Shown one piece after another: positions 36,001 to 48,000 of a stretch of DNA of 64,000 nucleotides. The position numbers and the translations under genes are program-made. The notes beneath the pieces are model-generated. The model was given only the letters and a program-made list of their open reading frames with translations. It had not been told where the DNA came from and did not search any database. Origin of the DNA: Heterodontus francisci (Eukaryota); assembly GCF_036365525.1 (NCBI RefSeq), contig NC_090374.1, forward strand, positions 15,169,168 to 15,233,167, written 5' to 3'. Within the stretch, counting starts at the first letter, position 1. Each line of letters starts with the position of its first letter.

Positions 36001-39000
36001 TGTTAGGGAATATGGGATTAATGCAGGAGGGGATGTGGTAGGGAATATGGGATTAATGTAGGATTAGTTTAAATGGGTGGTTGATGGTCAGCACAGACTC
36101 GGTGGGCCGAAGGGCCTGTTTCAGTGCTGTATCTCTCTATGACTCTATGACTAAAATGGTGGGGGAGTGACGGTGAGAAAAAGAGAAAATCATATTGTGG
36201 GGAGACAAAACGCAGACTGGGTTTTCGCTTTGTGGAACGCCTCCACTCAGTCTGCAAGCATGACCCTGAGCTTCCAGTCGCCTGTCATTTTAATTCTCCA
36301 TGTGGCTCCCACTCTGACCTCTCTGTTCTCAACTGCCTGCAGTGTTCCAATGAAGCTCAATGTAAGCTCGGGGAACAGCGCCTCATCTTTCGATTATGCA
36401 CTTTACAGCCTTCCAGGCTCAACATTGAGTTCAATAATTTCAGACCGTAATCTCTGCCCCCATCTTGTTTCCTTTTCTTTGCTGAGTTTGGCTTTTCTCT
36501 CTTTTTTGTTTTCAGTCCATTATTCTGTCATTCTCCCCCGTCATATCTTTTGTTTCTTTACTTGTCTTTTCAGAGTCATGAGGGGTCTGGACAGAGTAGA
36601 TAGAGAGAAACTGTTCCCACTCATGAAAGGATCGAGAACGAGAGGGCACAGATTTAAAGTAATTGGTTAAGAGAAGCAAAAGTGACTTGAGGAAAAACTT
36701 TTTCACGTAGCGAGTGGTTAAAGTCAGGAATGCGCTGCCTGAGAATGTGGTGGAGACAGGTTCAATTGAAGCATTCAAAAGGGAATTAGACTGTTATAGG
36801 AAAAGGAAGAATGTGCAGGGTTACAGGGAGAAGGTGGGGGAATGGAACTGAGTGAATTGCTCTTTTGGAGAGCCGGTGCAGATACGATGGGCTGAATGGC
36901 CTCCCTCTGCACTGTAATGATTTTGTGATTCTGTTGTTCCATCACCACTCCATCTGGCCTTGCACCATTAAACCGTTTGTCGTTTGCTCTCTCCTGCCCT
37001 CCACCCTATCTCAGACCTTCCCTTTTGTTATTTTTCCCACCCTCCCCCATTTCACTTGCTTAAAACTGGTTACATTCCGAACGTTTACATTTCCAACTTT
37101 TCCCAGTTCTGATAAAAGGTCACTGACCTGAAACATTAACTCTGTTTCTCTCTCCACTCACAATGCCTGACCTGCTGAGCAGTTCCAGTATTTTCTGTTT
37201 TTACTTTGAGCTTAAGGTATGTACATCTAAGAATGTTCTCAGTGCAAAGCAGGGGTTTGTCTCATTACCTGTCTCTGCTTGCTGTGACACGGTATCATGA
37301 GCAACACTGTTGCTTCCAGCTTCCTGCTGATCTGTCAAAGACACAGAAACGTAAGAGAGTATTTCCATAGAAATTGACAGAAATGACCATCAGGCAGTCG
37401 GCTATATAATAGCAGGTGATCTGCTCCATCAGTTTACTTACTAAGGATTCCCCTCCCCACACCTCCCACCCAGACAAGATCTAACAAGCCAGCTATTGTG
37501 CTGTGCATGAAATTGTGCCCAGACGACTCTCCAATATCTCTGTGCTCCTCTAACTCTTGCACATCCCAGTATTCACCGCTCCACCATTGGTGGCTGTACC
37601 TTCAGCCTTTAGCGGGTACTTTAGACAAAATTAAACTGACGGACATAGACATACATGAGCTACAGTTTGCAGATGACTGCAGTGCCATTGTCCACTCTGC
37701 ACCAGGTTTGCAAGCCCTCTCAATCTCTTCAATTCTGCATACGAGAAACTCCTGGCCTTGAATGTCGCCAAAACAAAACTGATGTATTAACCCACACGAG
37801 GACCAATGGCAGAAACTCGTGACCCTGAGTAGACGTCATCCTCGAATCACGGGAATGCCGATGGACTAACAATCCAGACATCTGGACCAATGATTCAGAG
37901 ATGTGACCAGAAGTCCAACATCTCAACATCCCTTTCAGATTTTCCTGTCAGTGACTGGTCATGGAGAACTTCCCGCGTCCACATAGCAGGAAGGCAATTA
38001 AGGTATTAAAGAGCCCAACAGACAGCAATTTTACTCGTTGTGTCCGATTTAACTAATGGAGCACAGGAACCATGGAGCTTCACAGCCTCGCCTGGTGAAA
38101 GGTGGTGACAAATACTCAGAGGAGTGCAGTCATAGCCAAGTTTGTGGCACCACAGGTGGCTCAGTTGCACAGGAGGGGAGGAAGAAGAGTGGAAGAGCAG
38201 TCGAGATAGGGGATTAATTGGTTATAGGAGCAAACAGGCGTTTCTGCGGCTGTAGATGTGACTCCAGGATGGTGTGTTGTCTCCCTGGTGTCAGGGTCAA
38301 GGATGTCACGGAGCAGCTGCAGGACGTTCTTCAGAGGTTGTGGTCCACATTGGTACCAATGACATAGGAACAGGGATGAGGTCCTAATAGCAGATTTTAG
38401 GGAGCTAGGAAGGAGATGAAAAAGCAGGACCTCAAAAGTTGTAATCTCGGGATTACTCCCAGTCTCACATGCTAGTGAGCATAGGAATAGGAGAATTGAA
38501 CAATTGAACACATGGCTGGAGAACTGGTGTAGGAGGGAGGGCAAATGATTTCTGAGGCATTGGGTTGTTCCTGGGGCAGGTGGGACCTTTACAAGATGGA
38601 CAGGTTGTATCTTAGCAGGACTGGGACGAATATCCTTGCAGGGAGATTTGCTAGTGCTGTTGGGGAGGGTTCAAACTAGATTATTAGGGGGATGGGAACC
38701 TGAGAGGGAGCTCAGATTGGAGGGAATCAAAACTGGTAACAGGAAGTAGAACAGTAGTAAGTGAAATTAGAAGACAGCCAAAGCAAAGGCAAACATCAAT
38801 CGGATCAGAATGCAGAATCATGTTAAAAATGCAGAATTAAAGACACTCTACCTGAATGCACACAGCATTCACAACAATGTTGATGATTTGTCCACACAAA
38901 TTCAGGTAAATGGATATGATTTAATTGCCATTACAGAGACGTGACTACAGGCTGACCAAGATCGGTAACTTGGATATTCATCATTTAGGAAAGATAGGCA

Positions 39001-42000
39001 AAAAAAGAAAAGGAGGTGGAGTTAGCACTCTTAATAAGGGATGAGGTCAGTACATTAGTGAGAGAGGATCTTAGATCAAAGGATCAAGACGTGGAATCTG
39101 TTTGGGTGGAGCTAAGAAACAGCAAGGGGCAGCAAACATTGGTGGGATTTGTTTCTTGGCCAATAGTGGTAATGTGAAGCATGGTATTAATCAGGATATT
39201 AGAGAAGCCAAGCCAAAAAGACGTCCTGCCTATCACACAAATGAGTAATGTGATATATGAATTTCAATGCCAGTCTGATACTAGGTATATAGGCCGTACG
39301 TCCCAAAGACTGGCAGATCGTATCAAACAACATGTCCCTTCTGCTATTCGCAACGGGCAAGGTACAGGCCGTACCCAACCAGCCCGTGGTTGCAAAACTC
39401 AAAACACAGTTTCCAATATTATATGTGATTCTGCGATTGGACAATATTTGCTAAATAATCCTCAGTGTGCTAAGAATTACGATTTAAGATAGTCAGTAGG
39501 GCTCACAGTGTGATGCATTTGTGCCTACTGGAAGCTACATATATTAATACACAGGGCCCTGTTCTTTGCAGGCAGAAAGAACATGTACACACATTATGCC
39601 TGTTTCAGCTAAACAAAATAAGTGACAGCCATTTGCTGGTTCATTCCTTAGGACAATGCCTTGACCAATTAGAGTCAAGCTGCCTGGTTTAAATTTCAAA
39701 CAAAGCTTGGCAGTTAAACTGTCAGTCACCACAAACTGGTGCATTCTCCATGGCAATGCCTCCACCAATCTGATTCCACTTGCCAACCAATCAGCACTGT
39801 CTTCTCATACAGTATAAATTTGTTGCTTTCCCTTGCATGGGTATTCTGTGAATTGTCCTGATGAGTGCAAGATGAAAAGATTCGACAAAATGTCTCTGTT
39901 TTCAGAAATACTGAAATTAGTATTATTAATGAGGTAGTATTTGAAAAGTTAACCGGATTGAATGTTGATAAATCTCCTGGACCAAATGAGCTACATCCCA
40001 GAGTATTGAAGGAGGTGGTTATAGGGATAGTGGATGCATTGGTGGTTATCTTTCAAACTTCTATAGATTCTGGCAAGGTTCCTGTAGACTAAAAAGTAGC
40101 AAATGTAACCCCACTTTTTAAGAAGGGAGGGAGAGGGAGAATGGAGAACTACAGACCTGTTAGTTTGACATCAGTAGTGGGGAAAACGTAAGAATCTATT
40201 ATAAAGGATGTGATAACTGGACACTTGGAAAATAACGGTAAAATTGTGCAGAGTTAACATGGATTTATGAAAGGGAAATCATGTTGGACAAACCTGTTGG
40301 AGGATTTTGAGGATGTAACTGGCAGAATAGATAAGGGGAAATTGGTGTATTTGAATTTGCAGAAGGCTGGATGGGAAGCTTTGGCAGGCCAGAGTCTGGT
40401 CCGCGGGTCATATGTTGGACAACCCTGGTCTTATTTAATTAAAGGGTGATCTAATTGAGGTGGTCAAGGTGATTAAAGGAGTTGATAGGGTAGATAGAGA
40501 GAAACTATGTCCTCTGGTGGGGGAGTCCAGAACAAGGGGACATAACCTTAAAAGTAGTGTTAGGCCATTCAAGGGTGATGTCAGGAAGCATCTCTTCACA
40601 CAAAGAGTCATGATAATCTGGAATTCTCCCCGAAAAGCTGTTGAGACTGGGGAGTCAAATAGAAGTTTAAAAACTGAGATCTTTGTTAGGCAACGGTATT
40701 AGGGTTAAGATACAGATCAGCCATGTTCTAACTGAATGACAGAACAGGTTCAAGGGGCTGAATGGCCTCCTCCTGTTATGAAAACTAGAAGATGTCAGAA
40801 TATTACTATGATGTTGCCACACCAGTCGAGTTTTTATTGTGAAGCTTACCTCTCTTCAACCACCAGATAGTAAAACAAATTAAAAGAAAGAAGATAATTA
40901 AAATGGCAGGCCAAATGTAGAGAACAATATTCAACTTGTCCTTTTCATCAGCGGAGAAGTGGATTTGACAGACGTCTCTCCCGTGTTCATTTACAGCCAC
41001 ACAGCTGTAGGTCCCTCTCAGTGTTGGGTTAAGAAACTCTCCTACAGTTTGATGTTTGTCCGGCACTCGTGTGACTGTTGCACTGTTGCTGTCCTCAGTC
41101 AATGTGTTGTTTTCAGGGTCAATCCATGTGATGTTGGCAGGTGGCTCCCCTTCAACCCTGCACATGATGGTGTCTCCACTTATATTATCATTCACAGCTG
41201 ACAGTTCCAGGATGGTGGCTGGGGCTTGGGCAAGAAAGTTACAATGAGTTAACTCAGACTAACAGATATTGGCATTACGATTGCTGAATTCCCCACCATC
41301 AACATCATGGGGGTTACCATTGACCAGAAATTGAATTGGACCAGCCATATAAATGGCTCTTGTGGCTACAAGAGCAGGTCAGAGACTGAGAATTCTGCTG
41401 TGAGTAACTCACCTCCTGACTCCCCAAAGCCTGTCCACCATCTACAAGGCACAAGTCAGGAGTGTGATGGAATATTCTCCACTTGCCTGAATGGGTGCAG
41501 CTGCAACAACACTCAAGAAGCTCGACACCATCCAGGATAAAGCAGCCCGCTTGATTGGCACCCCATCCACCACCTTCAACATTCACTCCCTTCACACAAT
41601 GGCAGCAGTGTGCACCATCTACAAGATGCACTGCAGCAACGCACCAAGGCTCCTTAGACAGCACCTTCCAAACCCGCAACCTCTACCACCTAGAAGGACA
41701 AGGGCAGCAAATGCATGGGAATACCCCCACCTGCAAGTTCCCCTCCAAGTCACACACCATCCTGACTTGGAACTATATCGTCGTTCCTTCACTGTCGCTG
41801 GGTCAAAATCCTGGAACTCCCTTCCTAACAGCACTGCGGATATATCTACCCCACATGGACTGCAGCGGTTTAAGGAGGCAGCTCACCACCACCTTAATAA
41901 ATGCTGGCCTAGCCAGCGACGCCCACATCCCATGAATGAATAAATTTTTTTTTATAGGAACATAGGAGCAGGAGTTGGCCACTTAGCCACCCGAGCCTGT

Positions 42001-45000
42001 TCTTCCGTTCAATGAGATCAGGGCTGATCCGTGACCTGAATCTATACACCCACCTTTGCCCCATATTCCATAATAATTTTCGTTCACAAAAATCCATCAG
42101 TCCCAGTTTCGAAATTAACAATTGATTCAGCATCAATTGTCATTTGTGGAAGAGTTCCAGACTTCTACCGCCCTTTGTGTGTAGAAGTGTTTCCTAATTT
42201 CACTCCTGAAAGGACTGGCTCTAATGTTTAGACTATATCCCCAAGTCCTGGACTCCCCAACCAGAAAAAATAGTTTTTTTCTCTCTCTACCTTATCTGTT
42301 CCCCTGAATCGTTTGAAAACTTTGAACAAATCACCCCTTAACCTTCTAAATAAAACCCTAGTTTGTGCAATCTCTCCCTGTAATTTAACCCTTGGAGTCC
42401 AGGTATCATTCTGGTAAATCTATGTGGCACTCCCTCCAAGACCAGTATATTCTTCCTAAGGTGTGGTGCCCAGAATTGTTCACTGTACTCCAGGTGTGGT
42501 CTAACCAGGGCTTTGTATAGCTGAAACATGACTTCTACCCCTTTGTATTCCATTCCTCTAACATAAAGGCCAGAATTCCATTAGCCTTCTTGATTATTTG
42601 CTGGACCTGTTCATGACATTTTAATGATCTATGAACCTGGCCCCCCAAGTCACTATGGATCACCACTGTTTCTAACCTTTAACCTTGAACCAATATTAAA
42701 GGTGCATGGTGGCAAGATCCATTATGTGACACTGAGAAGCACATGCGCAGAGAGAGGTGGCAGCTAACATCCAGAGATTGAATTGTAATGTTTAGTGAGG
42801 GAATGGATTGACTCCTGATAAACGGGGACATGGGTTTGATGTTAATGGAACAGACGAATGGAATTAGCCTGAGAGAGTCTGTGGCCTAGAGAATGGATCC
42901 TCTAAACGGCCTCCTAAGCTCCGATATGGTGGACAGGAAGTGCTGCTCAACCTGAGCTGGAAAGACACCTCCCGCCCTGTTGGTCAAGGCCAATAATTCA
43001 GTGCACATTGTCCACAGATAGAAATAGCACTAAAGGGTCAGTGGAAGCCAGGGTTCATGAATTGGAACTACAGTGGTTTAGGTCTGTCTCAAGTCTCAGC
43101 TCATCCCTGGGATTGAATTTGCTCTTCTGTTTGTTCAACATGTTTTATCATTTACCCCACATTGTTGACATTGACGTTTCCTTACCGACAACCTGTAGTT
43201 TTATCCCATCCTGCGTCACATTTTCCCCTCCCCCATTCTTGACGTGTACATGACAGAAGTAGTCACTGGAGTCATTCAGCTGCAGGTCCTTCATCCGTAT
43301 GGAGGCATTGCCTTGGGTTAGGTTTCCGATCAGTTCATACCGATTGTCTTCATTTACAGTAGCTAGGTCAGTATAGTAAGAACCAGGACTGCGGGTATGA
43401 GTGTGATTAAAAACAGTGAACTCTTTGTGTGGATTCTCCTTCATCCAGAGGACAGTGATGGAGGTCACATTCAAGTCAGGGAGATTGAAGGTGCAGGACA
43501 ATAGAACATAGAACATACAGCACAGAACAGGCCCTTCGGCCCACAATGTTGTGCCGATCCTTTGTCCTCTGTCAAGGACAATTTAATCTATACCCCATCA
43601 TTCTCCTTTATCCATATACCTATCCAAAAGCCTTTTGAAAGTCCCTAAAGTTTCTGACTCAACAACTTCCCCGGGCAAGGCATTCCATGCCTCGACCACT
43701 CTCTGGGTAAAGAACCTTCCCCTGACATCCCCCTTATATCTCCCACCCTTCACCTTAAATTTATGACCCCTTGTAACGCTTTGCTCCACCCGGGGAAAAA
43801 GTTTCTGACTGTCTACCCTATCTATTCCCCTGATCATCTTATAAACCTCTATCATGTCACCCCTCATCCTTCTCCTTTCTAATGAGAAGAGGCCTAGAAT
43901 GTTCAGCCTTTCCTCGTAAGACTTATTCTCCATTCCAGGCAACATCCTGGTAAATCTCCTCTGCACCCTCTCCAAGGCTTCCACATCCTTCCTAAAATGA
44001 GGCGACCAGAACTGCACACAGTACTCCAAATGAGGCCTTACCAAGGTCCTGTACAGCTGCATCATCACCTCACGGCTCTTAAATTCAATCCCTCTGCTAA
44101 TGAACGCTAACACCCCATATGCCTTCTTCACAGCCCTATCCACTTGAGTTGCAACTTTCAATGATCTATGCACATAGACCCCAAGGTCTCTCTGCTCCTC
44201 CACATGCCCAAGAACCCTACCGTTAACCCAGTATTTTGCATTCATGTTTGTCCTTCCAAAATGGACGACCTCACACTTTTCAGGGTTAAACTCCATCTGC
44301 CACTTTTCAGCCCAGCACTGCAACCTATCCAAGTCCCCCTGCAGACGACAATAGCCCTCCTCGGTATCCACAACTCCACCAACCTTTGTATCATCTGCAA
44401 ATTTACTGACCCACCCTTCGACTTCCTCATCCAAGTCGTTAATAAAAATCACAAACAGGAGAGGACCCAGAACTGATCCCTGCGGCACGCCACTGGTAAC
44501 TGGGCTCCAGGCTGAGTATTTACCATCTAAGACCACTCTCTGCCTTCTATCAGTTAGCCAATTCTTAATCCAACTGGCCACATTCCCCACTATCCCATGC
44601 CTCCTGACTTTCTCCATAAGTCTACCATGGGGGACCTTATCAAATGCCTTACTAAAATCCATGTACACCACATCCACTGGTTTACCCTCATCCACTTGCT
44701 TGGTCACCTGCTCAAAGAATTCAATCAGGCTTGTGAGGCAAGACCTACCCCTCACAAAACCGTGCTGACTGTCCCGAATCAAGCAGTGTCTTTCCAGATG
44801 CTCAGAAATCCTATCCCTCAGCACCTTTTCCATCAACTTGCCTACCACCGAAGTAAGACTAACTGGCCTGTAATTCCCAGGGTTGTTCCTATTCCCTTTC
44901 TTGAACAGGGGCACAACATTTGCCACCCTCCAATCACCTGGTACCACCCCCGTCAGCAGAGAAGATGAAAAGATCATTGCCAGCGGCTCTGCAATTTCAT

Positions 45001-48000
45001 CCCTTGCTTCCCATAACATCCTTGGATATACCCCGTCAGGCCCGGGAGACTTGTCTATCTTCAAGTTATTCAAAAACCCCAACACATCTTCCCTCCTAAC
45101 GAGCACTTCCTCGAGCTTACCAGTCTGTTTCACACCGTCCTCTTCAGTAATACACCCCTTCTCATTCGTAAATACCGAAGAGAAGTACTCATTCAAAACC
45201 TCACTTATCTCTTCCGGCTCAACACACAGTCTCCCGCTATTGTCCTTGACCGGACCTATGGTCCCCCTGGTCATCCTCATATTTCTGACATACGCGTAAA
45301 AGGCCTTGGGGTTTTCTTTTATCCTACCCGCCAAGCATTTTTCATGCCCTCTCTTAGCTCTCCTAATCCCTTTCTTCAGATCCTTCCTGGCCATCTTGTA
45401 TCCCTCCAGAGCTATGCCTGTGCCCTTTTTCCTCAACTTTATATACGCATCCTTCTTCTTCCTAACAAGACTCTCAACCTCTCTTGTCAACCACGGTTCC
45501 CTCACATGACCATCCCTTCCCTGTCTGACAGGGACATGCTTATCAATGGCCCCTACTATCTGCTCCTTGAAAAAGTTCCACATTTCGACCGTGCCCTTCC
45601 CTGCCAGCATATGCTCCCAACTTATGCTCCTCAGTTCCTGCCTGACAGCATCATATCTACCCTTCCCCCAATTGTAAACCTTGCCCTGTTGCACATACCT
45701 ATCCCTCTCCATTACCACAGTGAATGCTACAGAATTGTGATCACTATCTCCAAAGTGCTCGCCCACCAACAGCTCTATCACTTGCCCTGGTTCATTACCT
45801 AGTACCAAATCCAATATTGCCTCCCCTCTGGTCGGGCAGTCTACATACTGAGTCAGAAAAGCTTCCTGGACATACTGCACAAACACTACCCCATCCAAAC
45901 TATTCGATCTAAAGAGTTGCCAATCAATATTTGGGAAGTTGAAATCCCCCATAATTACTACCCTGTGACTTCTGCTCCTTTCCAATGTGGCAGAATCTCC
46001 CTTCTTCCCAATCACTGGCCACATATTGTTCTTATTAGCTGAGGATAGAGAAGGGTTCCAAAGAAAGTACATTATTCTTTCGGGCAATTACATTGAATAG
46101 AGTTTATACAATGTATATCTTCCTGTGCACTGTGAGCTTATCTCTGATGGCAGTGCAGGAACACAACAGCAACCTGCTGTAATGTAATGAAACATCCCAA
46201 AAGCAGCATTATCAGACAAAACTTCACACTGAGTCACATAAGGAGATCTTCAGACAGGTCAAAGCTTGGTTAAAGTGGTAGGTTTTAAGGAGTGTCTTAA
46301 AAGAGGAGAGAGAGGTAGGTGGAGAAATGAGGAAGGGAATTCCAGAGTTTAGGCCTAGCCGGTTGAAGGTGAAAAGCAAATGTGTCGCGCAGGCAGCTTT
46401 TGGACACCGTTTGAGCTTGGACATAGACAGCTCATCTCTTAGCCACGTACTGGGCAGCAGTGTACCTCCCTCACGCTCGGCCTCTACACACCGTCCCCTC
46501 AGAGCAGGCAGGGCCCCAGACTGATTAACAAAGGTGGGAGTGAAAATCTTATACATTTCCTTTTCAAGTATTTATCCAATTCCCATCTGGAAGTTACGAT
46601 CGAATCTGCTTCCACCGCCCTTTCAGGCAGCACATTCCAGATCACAACAACTAGCTGCGTAAAATAAAACTCATCTGTCTGTTTATCTCAAATTAACTCA
46701 AACCTGTGTCCTCCGGTTCCGGTTACCAACCCTCCTGTCCATGGGAACAGTTTCTCTAGATTTACTCTATTAGAACTCTTCATAGTGTTAAACAGCTCTA
46801 CTAATTCTCATCCCTGCCATTCTAGTAAATCTCCTCCGCACTCTCTCCAAGTCCTTTACATCCTTTCTAAAGTGTGTTGCCCAGAATTTCACACATAATA
46901 ACTTCCTTTTGTTCTCTAAACCTCCAGTAATAAAGCCAAGAATCCCTTATACTTTTTAACAGTGTTATCAAGTTGTCCTGCCACCTTCTATTGTTTGTTT
47001 ATGTGAAGCCCCGGCTCTGTATCTCTCCATCCCCTTTAAAATTGCACCATTTAGTTTATATTGCTTCTCCTCATTCTGCCTTCCAAAAATAAAAAATCAC
47101 TTCATCCTTTCTCACAACAAGCCAGCCCATGAAACATTGGAAGATCTTCCTCTTTGAAAAGACTTCCTCTTGTTCCAGTGAAGTAGAGCCCATGACTGAA
47201 TGCAGAGGATCTTTTTCAATGTGAGACCTGACGAATTCCGGATCAAAATCAGACCTGATAACAACATGGACATTCCAGAAACATTTTGAGGTCTAACACC
47301 TCCAATGCAGGAGCATGGTTTGTGACTGGACAGACAGTGATTTAATGATTGTGTTGCAGGTTTAGTAATCTAAAGGCCTGGGTAAATAATTCTGTAAGTG
47401 TAAGTTCAAATCTCCCCATAGACATACAAACTTACCAATTCAGTTAGGAAAAAACTAAAATGCTGGCATCAGTAAAATGACCCATGAAGGTGTTGGATTT
47501 TTGTTTTTAAAAACAAAAACCAACTGTTCACTAATGTTCAGCTTGGCCTGGTCTAGATGTGATTTCACTTCCACCATCTCTGAAGGGTGATGAGGCATTG
47601 CCAGTGATGCCCACAAACCAAGAAGCAATTCTTAAAAACATACATGTATGTGCTCCAGTTGCTTCACAGCTCAATCTTATATCGAGTTTGAATTATTCCT
47701 TACCTATCATCTTGACAACTCCAAGCTCATGTTCAAATTTTGCTTTCTTTCTGTCTTTGGGATTCACACGACAAATATATTTGTTAATTGTGTCCTCTTT
47801 CCTCAGCTTTTTGATGATCATGGAAGCATTGTTCTCTCTCGGGTTCCCCGTCGCTTGGTAACTCTTGTTAATATTCTGGTGGATCAGATTCTGAAACCCA
47901 TGGTTCTGCGAGTTTGGAGATGGATAATTTGTGTAATTAAAAATCGCTTTTGCATTTCCATCTTTCCACGTGACGGTGATGTTACCTTTATATCCAGGGT

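Larger units (their letters stand above)
38100..40780 (+). mobile_element. Decayed CR1 (ORF1 esterase-like region plus ORF2 pieces) interrupted by a Penelope
   Basis: VHIGTND / WCRREG / YKMD.L.L motifs; RT fragments. Confidence 0.8.

Noticed and set aside
43598-46087. Autonomous active CR1
   Set aside because: It is 5'-truncated within the endonuclease and has no ORF1 or promoter; the listed N-terminus is intron plus Ig exon sequence.
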